64,000 nucleotides of DNA from Ignavibacteriota bacterium (GTDB lineage Bacteria; Bacteroidota; Ignavibacteria; Tepidaquicellales; Tepidaquicellaceae). Made by a program: the position numbers and the translations under genes. Below the pieces are notes generated by a model. The model was not told the DNA's origin, ran no database searches, and saw nothing but the letters and a program-made list of their open reading frames with translations. Position 1 is the first letter of the stretch. Each line of letters begins with the position of its first letter. Location of the stretch: positions 229-64,228 of the forward strand of contig JAGQWH010000005.1 of NCBI GenBank assembly GCA_020437545.1, written 5' to 3'. Below are positions 17,348 through 26,872 of this stretch, one piece after another.

Positions 17348-19067
17348 TTGTTCCTATCCATGAACCCACCGGTGCATTAAATCCGCTTTTCTTTTTTGTT
17401 AATACAAATTCAGGCAGAATTTTACTCAGTGATTTTTTCAAAATATATTTCGTCTTTAGTCCTTTCATCTTCAGACCCGAAGGAATCGATGATGCATAGG
17501 TAACAAGATGCGGATCAAGATACGGGCTTCTTGATTCGATGCTGCTGTGCATTGTAGCCCTGTCAACCTTTACAAGTATATCATCCGGCAGCCACGTCAT
17601 TCCGTCGACATAAAGATTGCTGTCAAGCGTATCCATTCCTTCTGCTTTATCATAATATTTTTTAAAAATATTAAACGGATCGGTATCTGAAATAAGATCT
17701 TTATATTGAACTCCCATTATATCCGCTCTTTCTTCGGGTGAAAAAAACTGTCTCCATAGATAATGCGCTTTTTCTTTAGAATGTAGAGTACCGTTAAGAA
17801 ATTGTTTTTGCTTATACTGACGGCTGAGTTTCTTTTTACTGCTGCCCGAATTATTTATCCCGAGCATTAGCTTTTTAATTACTTTGGGAATAGGTCTGGC
17901 ATATCCGTAATATTTATCCGCCTTGTATGTAATGTATCCCGCAAAGATCTCATCTGCGCCGTCACCGCTTAGCACAACTTTGACATATTCAGATGCAAGC
18001 TTTGAAACTTCGATCATCGGAATAAGAGAATTATCAGCGAATGGTTCATCATAAGCGCTGATAGCATCATTTATGAAGTCCAATCCGTTATCTACTTTGC
18101 ATATAAGACCGTGATGCTTTGTTCCGAAATATTCTGCAACTCTGTCTGCATCCGGAAGTTCATTATAACTTTTCTGATCGAAACCAACACTGAATGTATG
18201 AAGATCACCCTTATGATGCTTTTTCATTAAAGCGACTATCGAACTCGAGTCGACTCCCCCGCTAAGAAATGCTCCTACAGGAACATCACTGATCATTCTT
18301 CTTTTAACTGACTCTTCAAGAAGATTAAGTATCTTATTCTCAGTATCAAATTCGCTGTCTTTATTCTTTGTTCTGAAAGTCTCCGAATAATCCCAGTATT
18401 GTTTCTTTTCTTTTTTGTTCCCTCTTTCTGAGATCTTCAGATATGTGGCTTGTTCAAGTTTGAAAATATCTTCATAAATTGTCATCGGAGATAAAATATA
18501 TCCCAGTGCCAGATAGCAGTTCAATGCTTCATAAGATATTTTTCTTCTAATGGATCTGTCTTCAAGCAGAGATGTTAATTCGGATGAAAAAATAATATTC
18601 TTTTCATTTCCAAAAGTATAGTAAAGCGGTTTCTTTCCGAATCTGTCTCTTGCAAGTATCAGCTCTTTATTAATAGTGTCCCATATTGCAATCGAGAACA
18701 TTCCGTTGAATTTAGCGAAACATTCCGTTCCGTATATTTCAAATGCATATAAGATCACTTCAGTATCAGAATGGCTTCTGAAATTTATTTTATGCTTAAG
18801 CAGCTCAATTTTTATTTCAGGGAAATTATAGACCTCTCCATTATATACACAGACGTATCTTCCGTCTGCTGTCGACATAGGCTGATTACCTTTTTCTGAA
18901 AGATCTATTATTGAAAGTCTTCTGTGTCCGAGTGTGATTCCGTCAAGTTTCAAAAGACCTTCATTATCAGGTCCTCTGTGATATATCTTTTTGTTCATGG
19001 ATCTGACAGTTTCAAGTATTCCGGAATCAGAATTATTCCAGTCAGTTTTCCCTGCTATTCCGCACAT
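17286..19067 (-). CDS. Asparagine synthase (glutamine-hydrolysing) family amidotransferase, full length
   Basis: 593 aa. N-terminal MCGIAG (Cys2 Ntn glutaminase nucleophile) and PP-loop FLSGGVDSSS. Confidence 0.9.
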   Translation of the reverse strand: MCGIAGKTDWNNSDSGILETVRSMNKKIYHRGPDNEGLLKLDGITLGHRRLSIIDLSEKGNQPMSTADGRYVCVYNGEVYNFPEIKIELLKHKINFRSHSDTEVILYAFEIYGTECFAKFNGMFSIAIWDTINKELILARDRFGKKPLYYTFGNEKNIIFSSELTSLLEDRSIRRKISYEALNCYLALGYILSPMTIYEDIFKLEQATYLKISERGNKKEKKQYWDYSETFRTKNKDSEFDTENKILNLLEESVKRRMISDVPVGAFLSGGVDSSSIVALMKKHHKGDLHTFSVGFDQKSYNELPDADRVAEYFGTKHHGLICKVDNGLDFINDAISAYDEPFADNSLIPMIEVSKLASEYVKVVLSGDGADEIFAGYITYKADKYYGYARPIPKVIKKLMLGINNSGSSKKKLSRQYKQKQFLNGTLHSKEKAHYLWRQFFSPEERADIMGVQYKDLISDTDPFNIFKKYYDKAEGMDTLDSNLYVDGMTWLPDDILVKVDRATMHSSIESRSPYLDPHLVTYASSIPSGLKMKGLKTKYILKKSLSKILPEFVLTKKKSGFNAPVGSWIGTNGNDEFKTFNKYVYDRKIGT

Positions 19068-19070
19068 ATA

Positions 19071-20033
19071 TTATTCATAATTATAATATTCTCTGAACCA
19101 TTTTACGAATCTCGATAGTCCGTCTTCAATTTTAATTTCCGGTTTGAATCCCGTATAAGCTGCAAGATCCGAAGAATCCGCAACTGTTATTTTTACATCT
19201 CCCGGCTGCATTTCCTTAAAGATCTTCTTTGCTTCCTTTCCTAAATTCTTTTCAAGCGTCTCAATGAAATACAGCAGATTAACAGGATGCTCACCTCCGA
19301 TATTAAAGATCCTGTACTCATTGACGATCTCTTTTCGGACAAGCCTGTAAACAGATTCCGTTACATCATCCACATAAGTAAAATCCCTCATCATATCTCC
19401 GTTGTTGAATATTTCGATCGGTATGTCTTTCATGATCCTGTCAGAGAAACTGAAGTATGCCATGTCAGGTCTCCCAAAAGGTCCGTAAACAGTGAAGAAT
19501 CTCAGACCGGTGACAGGAATATCATAAAGATGATGATAAGTATATGCCATAAGTTCATTGGTTTTTTTTGTAGCTGCATAAAGCGAGATGGGATTATCAA
19601 CATTGTCATCAACAGAGAATGGTATTTTATCAGTGTTTCCGTAAACAGAACTCGATGATGCATAGATCAGTTTTTTCACGGGAAACTCCCTGCAGCATTC
19701 AAGCAAATTAAAAAAAGCATTAATATTATTTCTGACACTTTCATCAGGATGTGAAATGGAATATCTGACTCCGGGTTGCGCTGCAAGATTTATCACAATA
19801 TCAGGTCTTTCCTTTTTAAAATATTCCATTAGCTGAGCTTTATCAGCCAGATCAATTTTTTCAAATCTGAAATTCTCATATTTTTTAAGGATCGCAAGAC
19901 GATCTTCCTTTAGTCTGATATCATAGTATGAATTAATGTTATCAATGCCCAAAACATCCATACCATCTTCACATAATCTTTTGGAAATGTGATAGCCAAT
20001 AAATCCGGCAGCACCTGTTATTAATATTTTCAA
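19071..20033 (-). CDS. UDP-glucuronate 4-epimerase (extended SDR)
   Basis: 320 aa. ILITGAAGFIGYH, NSYYDIRLKEDRL, LAAQPGVRYS, SLYAATKKTNELMAYTYHHLY and TGLRFFTVYGPFGRPDMA are blocks typical of Cap1J/LpsL-type UDP-GlcA 4-epimerases. Confidence 0.8.
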   Translation of the reverse strand: MKILITGAAGFIGYHISKRLCEDGMDVLGIDNINSYYDIRLKEDRLAILKKYENFRFEKIDLADKAQLMEYFKKERPDIVINLAAQPGVRYSISHPDESVRNNINAFFNLLECCREFPVKKLIYASSSSVYGNTDKIPFSVDDNVDNPISLYAATKKTNELMAYTYHHLYDIPVTGLRFFTVYGPFGRPDMAYFSFSDRIMKDIPIEIFNNGDMMRDFTYVDDVTESVYRLVRKEIVNEYRIFNIGGEHPVNLLYFIETLEKNLGKEAKKIFKEMQPGDVKITVADSSDLAAYTGFKPEIKIEDGLSRFVKWFREYYNYE

Positions 20034-20050
20034 TTCTGAATTCTTATTAT

Positions 20051-20701
20051 TTATAAAATTCGTTTTGTCATCTCATAATAATCCGGATGCTCTTTACTGA
20101 TCTCCCAACCGTTTCTCTGATATGACTTTAATGCTTTTTCATTTCCTCTTCTGACGGCAAGTCCCATTTTTTTTATGTCCATACTCAATGTCTTGTTTTC
20201 AAATTCCTGAAGCAAAATAGAACCAATACCTTTACCGTGAAAATCAGAGGATACTCCGATTACAACAAGTCCCATTTCTTTCTCGGGAAGTTCCTTATTC
20301 TTTTTTTTCTTTAAAGCACCACTTTGTTTCTTTTTACCCGAAAATTTTCTTTTGATATTTTTATATATCAGTTTATACTTATTCAGAAATTCTTTATGAA
20401 CAAGAAGCCAAGGACGTAACATGATTGCTTTTACAGCGCTGTTGAAACTGTATTGCATCATTCCGCTTGCCGAACCGGTTGGCTGAGTTCCGTCCAGTAT
20501 CATTCCGCCGCAATAGCCAATACACCTGCCATTCTCTTCCACATGGAAAAGGATCTTACTGTTATCTGACAGATACCATGCGATCATTTCCTCAAGATAT
20601 TTCTTTCCCATTTTAGAACTTAGAGAATCAGGGAATGCTGACTTATGACATTCCGCCAGTTTTGGAAGATCGCTTTTTGTCGAATAAATAATTTCAGGCA
20701 T
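20051..20701 (-). CDS. GNAT-family N-acetyltransferase
   Basis: 216 aa. Acetyl-CoA-binding block VVIGVSSDFHGKGIGSILLQEFE. Confidence 0.6.
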   Translation of the reverse strand: MPEIIYSTKSDLPKLAECHKSAFPDSLSSKMGKKYLEEMIAWYLSDNSKILFHVEENGRCIGYCGGMILDGTQPTGSASGMMQYSFNSAVKAIMLRPWLLVHKEFLNKYKLIYKNIKRKFSGKKKQSGALKKKKNKELPEKEMGLVVIGVSSDFHGKGIGSILLQEFENKTLSMDIKKMGLAVRRGNEKALKSYQRNGWEISKEHPDYYEMTKRIL

Positions 20702-20706
20702 TATGT

Positions 20707-21900
20707 TTAATTAGAATAATTATTCAATGTCTCTGAAAAATCTTTAATGATCTTATTCCTGTCAAATTTTTCTGCGGCAGTTCTTTTTCCGTTTGCTGAC
20801 ATTTCTTCTCTCAGATCTTTTGAATCTTTTAACTTAATAATATTTTCCCTGAGAGCAGCAAAATCTTTAGGCGAAGATACCAGACCGACATTATTTTCTC
20901 TGATTATTTTTGATCCTTCACCTGTTCCTGAAAAAAGAACCGGAAGACCGGCTGCCATGGCTTCATAGATTTTTGATGGAACAGCTCCGTATATATTTTT
21001 TATCAATGGTATCAAAGCGCAGTCATGCTGCATTAAAAGTTCAGGGATCTCATCCCTGTTTACACTCTTATGAAGAAATACATTTCTATCCGGATTTTTT
21101 TTCAGGAAATCTTCAAGCATTTGTTTTTCTCCGCCTTCCCCGTAGATATGAAGTTCTGCTCCAATACCTTTAAAATCTATATTCATGGCAATATCAGGTA
21201 CTCCCTGAGCAAGCCCGATCAATCCTGCATAAATAATTCTTAAATTTCCTGAATCATTATTACTCTTATCACTACCTGATTCAAATCTTTTGATGTCAAC
21301 TCCATTCCTGAATAAATATGTCTTTTTACCGCCTGATTTTTTTATATGATCCGTAATCTCTTCTGACTGACCTGAGCATAAGAATGAGTTTTTATAAATA
21401 TACCTTTCAAGTTTTTCAAGAGCATTGTATAATTTTCCGTCACTAATCGAACCAAGTTCTTTTGCTGTCATCGGCCAGATATCAGAAACATTCATAATGA
21501 GTCTGGCACCGCACAACCTTGAAAGAATCACCGCCGTGACTCCAAGTACAAGAGGCGGACTTTCCACAAGTATATAATCAGGTTTGAATTTTTTCATATA
21601 ACTCCTTCCAAATAAAGCAGTGATCGAAAATGTCAGCATCGAAATTATCCTTGGAATAGTTTTCGGTTTATTGGATGCATAAAGCCAGTATCTTAAGATC
21701 TCCATGCCATCCAATTCTTCTTTCATCATGAATTTCCCTTCATACTCTTTGAATATCTTTCCTTTGGGATAATTCGGCATTGCCGTGATCACTGATACTT
21801 CCCATCCTTCTTTTTTAAACAACCGGGCAAGCTCAAGCAGTCTGTTCTGTGGCGCGCCGGTTTCGGGATAAAAATACTGAGTTAAGATTGTTAATTTCAA
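20707..21900 (-). CDS. GT4 glycosyltransferase (WbuB/WcaI-like)
   Basis: 397 aa. N-terminus MKLTILTQYFYPETGAPQNRLLELA...NYPKGKIF is typical of WbuB/WcaI. It also has a C-terminal E-x7-E-type block (PSKIYEAMAAGLPVL). Confidence 0.85.
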   Translation of the reverse strand: MKLTILTQYFYPETGAPQNRLLELARLFKKEGWEVSVITAMPNYPKGKIFKEYEGKFMMKEELDGMEILRYWLYASNKPKTIPRIISMLTFSITALFGRSYMKKFKPDYILVESPPLVLGVTAVILSRLCGARLIMNVSDIWPMTAKELGSISDGKLYNALEKLERYIYKNSFLCSGQSEEITDHIKKSGGKKTYLFRNGVDIKRFESGSDKSNNDSGNLRIIYAGLIGLAQGVPDIAMNIDFKGIGAELHIYGEGGEKQMLEDFLKKNPDRNVFLHKSVNRDEIPELLMQHDCALIPLIKNIYGAVPSKIYEAMAAGLPVLFSGTGEGSKIIRENNVGLVSSPKDFAALRENIIKLKDSKDLREEMSANGKRTAAEKFDRNKIIKDFSETLNNYSN

Positions 21901-23231
21901 CTCTTCTCCGTAGTCTCTTTCCCGGCCGAATCCAGCTCTGAGTAAAAATGTTTCATCTTACCTGCTTTGGTTCTTTTTATCTTTTCTACTCTGTTTATCT
22001 CAAAACTTAATCCGCTTTCAAGATAAGTATCAAGATTTTTCTGTATCATAATTTTATCTTTATCAGAAATGTCATCATCCGAGACTACATCAAATATAAA
22101 TTTATCCGGCGAGACCTGTCTGATAATAAATTCTTTTAAAGAATCAATTTTCTCCATCGTGCTTCTCGTGATAAAATAGAATGATACCCCTGAAGATTTT
22201 TTCCCGCTCGGAAGGATCACTATGTCATTGACTCCTCCTAAAATTCTCTTTAACTCGATATCACTCTTACCCGGAGCTATAATTGCTTTATCACCTATTT
22301 CGTATCTAATGAAAGGCATGGCTTTATTATGAAGCGCCGTTAGCAGGATCCGTCCTTCACCTCCATTTATAACAGGCTTACCCTCTTCATCAATTACTTC
22401 AATGAAAATATTTTCATTCGAAAGTAACCAATGCCCCGCTTCAGTTTCGAATGCTATCAGATCCACTTCCGATGTTCCGTATTCATTCACTGCCTTTACA
22501 CCGAATGCTTTTTCTATAATTGCTTTGTCTTCTTCTGTACAATTCTCTGAAGTACAAATGCATATTTTTAAACTTGGGCAGACATCTTTTAGAATTACAT
22601 TTACTTTGATAAGATATCTGGCAAACAGAACAATCGAGTTTGTATATCCATATACATAATCAAATTTTTCTGTCCGGAATTTATTCAGAAATTTTGCAAG
22701 CATCTCATCAGAGAGATCAAAAACAGGGAATCTTACTCTGTTCGATAAAAAATCCTTTGTCTTCTCGATGTAATAATCCTTCTTCTCCAGAGGTATTCCG
22801 TAAAACCTTGCCTGTTTTGAATCCAGAGTAAGTCCGAAGTTTCTGTATCTGTCTTTTATCAGAGCCCATGTCATTGCATGAGCAAATTTATCCTTATAAT
22901 AATTGAACGGATGTCCTGAAGATCCTGATGTATATCCTGAATAAACATCTTTCTTTTCGAATGTCTTCGAGATAAGATTAAATCCTGATTTCTGATAATC
23001 TGTTTTAACAAGTAATGGAATGTCTTCCCATCTCTCCGGAATTTTATCACTCCCAAATCTGCTTCTGTAAAATTCATTGTTCACAAAATGGTATTTAACT
23101 ATCTCCCATTTTTTATTTTCATGCCATGTTTTGAATTCAGATTCCGGAAGTGCTTTTATACTGATTAACTCTTTCTCCGCTTCCTTAAGCGGAAAGCCTT
23201 TGAGCCTGAGACTTAATTTAAGAAATGACAA
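21897..23231 (-). CDS. Adenylate-forming enzyme, phenylacetate-CoA ligase/CapK family
   Basis: 444 aa. Contains the AMP-binding-like motif YTSGSSGHPF, plus EYGTSE and IRYEIGD blocks as in PaaK/CapK/F390-synthetase-like proteins. Confidence 0.7.
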   Translation of the reverse strand: MSFLKLSLRLKGFPLKEAEKELISIKALPESEFKTWHENKKWEIVKYHFVNNEFYRSRFGSDKIPERWEDIPLLVKTDYQKSGFNLISKTFEKKDVYSGYTSGSSGHPFNYYKDKFAHAMTWALIKDRYRNFGLTLDSKQARFYGIPLEKKDYYIEKTKDFLSNRVRFPVFDLSDEMLAKFLNKFRTEKFDYVYGYTNSIVLFARYLIKVNVILKDVCPSLKICICTSENCTEEDKAIIEKAFGVKAVNEYGTSEVDLIAFETEAGHWLLSNENIFIEVIDEEGKPVINGGEGRILLTALHNKAMPFIRYEIGDKAIIAPGKSDIELKRILGGVNDIVILPSGKKSSGVSFYFITRSTMEKIDSLKEFIIRQVSPDKFIFDVVSDDDISDKDKIMIQKNLDTYLESGLSFEINRVEKIKRTKAGKMKHFYSELDSAGKETTEKS

Positions 23232-23240
23232 GATAAATAA

Positions 23241-24260
23241 CTAATTTTTTGTAACTGAATTTATAAGATCAAACCATTTATGCTTAACTACTTCCCAGTC
23301 AAACTCCTCAACTTTCTTTCTGGCATTTAATGCAAGATCAGAAGCTGTCTGATCATCCGATATTATTTTTTCAATTGATTCCACAAACTCTTCCTTGCTG
23401 CCCGGATTTACCAAAATCCCATCTTTGTTATTTTCTATTAAAAAAGGGAGACCTCCTACATTTGTAGAAACTACCGGAAGCCCTAAAGCCATTGCTTCTA
23501 TCACGCTGACAGGATGATTATCAAAATTTGTAGTATTTATAAAAATGTCATAACCTTCGGATAATTTCAGCCACTCTTCTTTTGTTAATTTTCCTGTGAT
23601 CTTTAATGAATCCCCGAGCCCGAGTTCTTTGGCTTTTGCTTTTACAGTCAGAAGACTACCGTCTTTGTCAGGTCCTACCATGCACAACTCTGCATCTTCA
23701 TATTTTTCCATCAAAGCTTTCAATATTTCAAGAGCCAGTTCGGGATTGTAAATTTCATGAAAAGATCTTACCCATAATAATTTTGGTCTTACTGAATTTC
23801 TTTTTTTAAACTTATATTTTTCTATCGGAATAAAATTGGGTATGTAATCAACTTTATATCCTTTTTCTTCGAAATGTTTTTGCAGATATACCGAAGGCGA
23901 AATATTTCTTGCCGAATTGGTAAAAATATATTTGCACAGTTCCGGTGATGATTCAAGTCTGTCCGGATATCCGCCTCCTCTCAGAATTGGCGCATAAGGG
24001 ATCCTGAATTTTATACAAAGTTTTGCAAGAATATAAGTATACCAGAAAGCTTTAACGCTGTATGAATCAATTAATACAAAATTAATTTTTTTTCTGTTAT
24101 TGATCAGGGAAGTTACCATATCAGAAAGCCGGAGTAACTTATTTTCTTTTTCTGAAACGGAAATCATTTCATAATGCTCCGATAACTTGGGTGTAAGTGT
24201 TTCTATAAAGGTTGGTGTGTAACCGAATTTGGAAAGTTTATTTCCCGCATAATAGATCAT
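23241..24260 (-). CDS. GT4 glycosyltransferase
   Basis: The track ORF (to 24368) overlaps the upstream gene by 112 nt. An internal ATG at 24260 forms an ATGA start/stop overlap with the stop of 24257..25597 (plus strand tcat at 24257..24260), so I use it as the start. GT-B C-domain: VSVIEAMALGLPVVSTNVGGLPFLI. Confidence 0.8.
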   Translation of the reverse strand: MIYYAGNKLSKFGYTPTFIETLTPKLSEHYEMISVSEKENKLLRLSDMVTSLINNRKKINFVLIDSYSVKAFWYTYILAKLCIKFRIPYAPILRGGGYPDRLESSPELCKYIFTNSARNISPSVYLQKHFEEKGYKVDYIPNFIPIEKYKFKKRNSVRPKLLWVRSFHEIYNPELALEILKALMEKYEDAELCMVGPDKDGSLLTVKAKAKELGLGDSLKITGKLTKEEWLKLSEGYDIFINTTNFDNHPVSVIEAMALGLPVVSTNVGGLPFLIENNKDGILVNPGSKEEFVESIEKIISDDQTASDLALNARKKVEEFDWEVVKHKWFDLINSVTKN

Positions 24261-25597
24261 GCCCTTGGTTTTCTGATAATATTCAGAAAAGCCATTCCAT
24301 AGACAAATCCGGGCGCAGCTGTCCTCATAGCAGCATGCCCCAGCGTCATAAAGACAAATCCTAGACACATAATCAGAAGGATCTTATTATCTATGCTTTT
24401 TTGTTCAAAAAAATATTTAACCGGGAAGAAAATCATTATAGCCATAGCCAGAATACCAAACAAACCATGCTCTGCCAGCATTCTTGAATATTCAATATGA
24501 GCTGCAGCTTCTATTCCCTGCGTCTCGCTTCTGACCTGAGCAGACATACCGGGTCCTACACCCGTCAGTACGTTATCCTTGAATATCTCAATATCCGCAT
24601 CAAATATCTCCAGCCTTCCGCTGAATAAATTACTTTTTTCTTTGTTATACATCGATTCTCCTCTGAATCTCATTTCAAGCAAACCTTCACTCGCATCATT
24701 TACATAATTAAATCCAATAAGTGAAATAGCTCCGATTATAAGGAAAGCGTAAACTACTTTTCCAATTCTAACTTTAAAATTGCTGTCAGTTAATGTCATT
24801 ATTACTATGCATAAAACAATTGCAACTATCGGAGACAGCATACCGCCTCTTGAAAATGTTGCCAGTCCTCTTATCAGAAATCCCAGAAGTAAAACAATAT
24901 TTACAAATTTTAAACGGAATAATTTTATTCCAAGAAAATATGAAATAGCAATTATCAATATTCCAAGTCCAAAGATAGTCGATACCTGATTCGGACCGAA
25001 ACCTCCGCTGGTCTGAAAATTTGATTCTGTAGTAAATGTAGCCTCTTCAAGACTTCCTGATCTGAAATAAACAAATATTGACATTGCAGCAATAGGATAC
25101 AGCATTGCAAGCAATAATCTCCTTAACTGAGCTGGGTTGATCCTTCTCTTGTAAAAATAAATTGCAGATATTGCAAGTGACAGAGGTCCGGATAAATTAA
25201 ATGAAACATATTGTCTTGAAAGATCGAAGGTCGGAAAATCTATACTTGGTATGGATGGCAATAAACAAAGTATGAAAAGAAGAAAAACAAATGGAAGAGT
25301 TTTTTTTCTTTGCTCAACCAAAAATCCCACAGAGAGTAAAAATACAACTGCATATTTACCGTATTCATATCCGAATCCTCCTGAGTTAAGTCTGAATAAT
25401 ACTTCAATCCCAACTACATATGCCGCGAAAATATGGGCGGCTCCGTCCCTGTTCTTGGTCGCCATGATCTTATATACTCCGTACATTACGATCATCACGG
25501 AATAGAGCGTGCTGAGCTTGGAATTTAAAAGCATTACCATAGCAATTGCTATGTTAATAACTAAATATATCTCGGCTTTGTATGGATTATTTTTCAA
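24257..25597 (-). CDS. O-antigen polymerase/ligase-family (Wzy-like) membrane protein
   Basis: 446 aa with about 10-12 TM segments. Contains a Wzy_C-like block LATFSRGGMLSPIVAIVL and a periplasmic loop with HIEYSRMLAEHG. Confidence 0.65.
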   Translation of the reverse strand: MKNNPYKAEIYLVINIAIAMVMLLNSKLSTLYSVMIVMYGVYKIMATKNRDGAAHIFAAYVVGIEVLFRLNSGGFGYEYGKYAVVFLLSVGFLVEQRKKTLPFVFLLFILCLLPSIPSIDFPTFDLSRQYVSFNLSGPLSLAISAIYFYKRRINPAQLRRLLLAMLYPIAAMSIFVYFRSGSLEEATFTTESNFQTSGGFGPNQVSTIFGLGILIIAISYFLGIKLFRLKFVNIVLLLGFLIRGLATFSRGGMLSPIVAIVLCIVIMTLTDSNFKVRIGKVVYAFLIIGAISLIGFNYVNDASEGLLEMRFRGESMYNKEKSNLFSGRLEIFDADIEIFKDNVLTGVGPGMSAQVRSETQGIEAAAHIEYSRMLAEHGLFGILAMAIMIFFPVKYFFEQKSIDNKILLIMCLGFVFMTLGHAAMRTAAPGFVYGMAFLNIIRKPRA

Positions 25598-25738
25598 GTA
25601 TTACTTTTTACGGTGTAAATTATAATTTGTGGAATTTTTATAAGTATAAAAATAATTAATTTTTACCGAACTTAAACAGCAAAAATATTTGATTTAATGA
25701 GTTTCCGGTTATAGTTATGTCCCGTTGAATTTAACTTT

Positions 25739-26872
25739 TTACTTATCTACTGTTCCCTTTTCCAGTATCTTTGTCTTAAGATCATCCATATACTTTCTGA
25801 ATGTAAACAATTCAGCAACTTTAAGACATTCAATTGACATATTTTTTAATCTTGCTCTGTCTTTTAATGCTAAATTAATTTTATCAGCAAGTTCATCCGA
25901 AGTTATATCTTTTAACAAGAATCCGTTCGAATCATTAAAATACTGTCCGATAGACGATACATCTGAAACAATAGGCACACATCCGTATGCAGCGGCTTCG
26001 GCTATTACTTTTGGAAAACCTTCGGATTCACTTGGAAGGAGTATCAGATCAACTTTTTCATAAAACTTTTCCATGTCTTCCCTGCTTAAAGAACCTTCAA
26101 ATCTGAATTTAAGATCTATTTCAGAAGCAGCAATTTCATAATTCTTTCTTTCATTACTGTCCCCTGCAAAGATCATCTCTTTGATTCCGGATTTATCTTT
26201 CACTTTTTGTAATGCACCTAATATGATGTCCATACCTTTATTTTTTGTCAAAGAGCCTGCAAATCCGAGTGTCAGTTTTTCATTAAAATTTTTTTTAACA
26301 GCAATTTCCTTTGCCCTGATCAGCTCCTCATCATCCAGACATGGATTCTGGAAATTCAACAGATGCTCTTTCTGCCCTTCCCAGTGTCCGTTTATTGTTA
26401 CATATGATCTCTGATAATTATTCTCAAGCCACCATTTCTGAAATCTGTAAGAAAATGGAGGATCCTTCATCTGCCAGTTGCCCGCATATTTTACCCATCT
26501 GTTTGGTTTACTTTTCAGACTAAGGTACGGCAGGACATATAATCCCATGGCTGTCGGAGCTCTGAACTGTACCCAGTCAACTTTTTTGATAACTTCACGG
26601 ATCTTTTTTAAATTAGAAAATGAAGTTGTGAGGATGGAAATCTTATCAGATATTTTTTCTCCCCCGTATGGTTTGATAGGAATGAATTTAATTTTTTTAC
26701 CGGAATAGCTTAATGAACTCTCCGGCGCATTTTCACTATGAAGTGGCGCAACATGATAGATCTCATCAAACAATTCCGGTAAATGATTTATCTCTCTCAC
26801 TGTCGGTCCCCATGCCTTATAAACTCCATTATCATTATAATGAGGAGTGTGAGAAATTATTGCAAGCTTCAT
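25739..26872 (-). CDS. GT4 glycosyltransferase
   Basis: Start moved to the ATG at 26872, which forms an ATGA overlap with the stop of 26869..28752 (plus strand tcat at 26869..26872). GT-B C-domain: LLPSESEGFPKVIAEAAAYGCVPIVSD. Confidence 0.8.
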   Translation of the reverse strand: MKLAIISHTPHYNDNGVYKAWGPTVREINHLPELFDEIYHVAPLHSENAPESSLSYSGKKIKFIPIKPYGGEKISDKISILTTSFSNLKKIREVIKKVDWVQFRAPTAMGLYVLPYLSLKSKPNRWVKYAGNWQMKDPPFSYRFQKWWLENNYQRSYVTINGHWEGQKEHLLNFQNPCLDDEELIRAKEIAVKKNFNEKLTLGFAGSLTKNKGMDIILGALQKVKDKSGIKEMIFAGDSNERKNYEIAASEIDLKFRFEGSLSREDMEKFYEKVDLILLPSESEGFPKVIAEAAAYGCVPIVSDVSSIGQYFNDSNGFLLKDITSDELADKINLALKDRARLKNMSIECLKVAELFTFRKYMDDLKTKILEKGTVDK

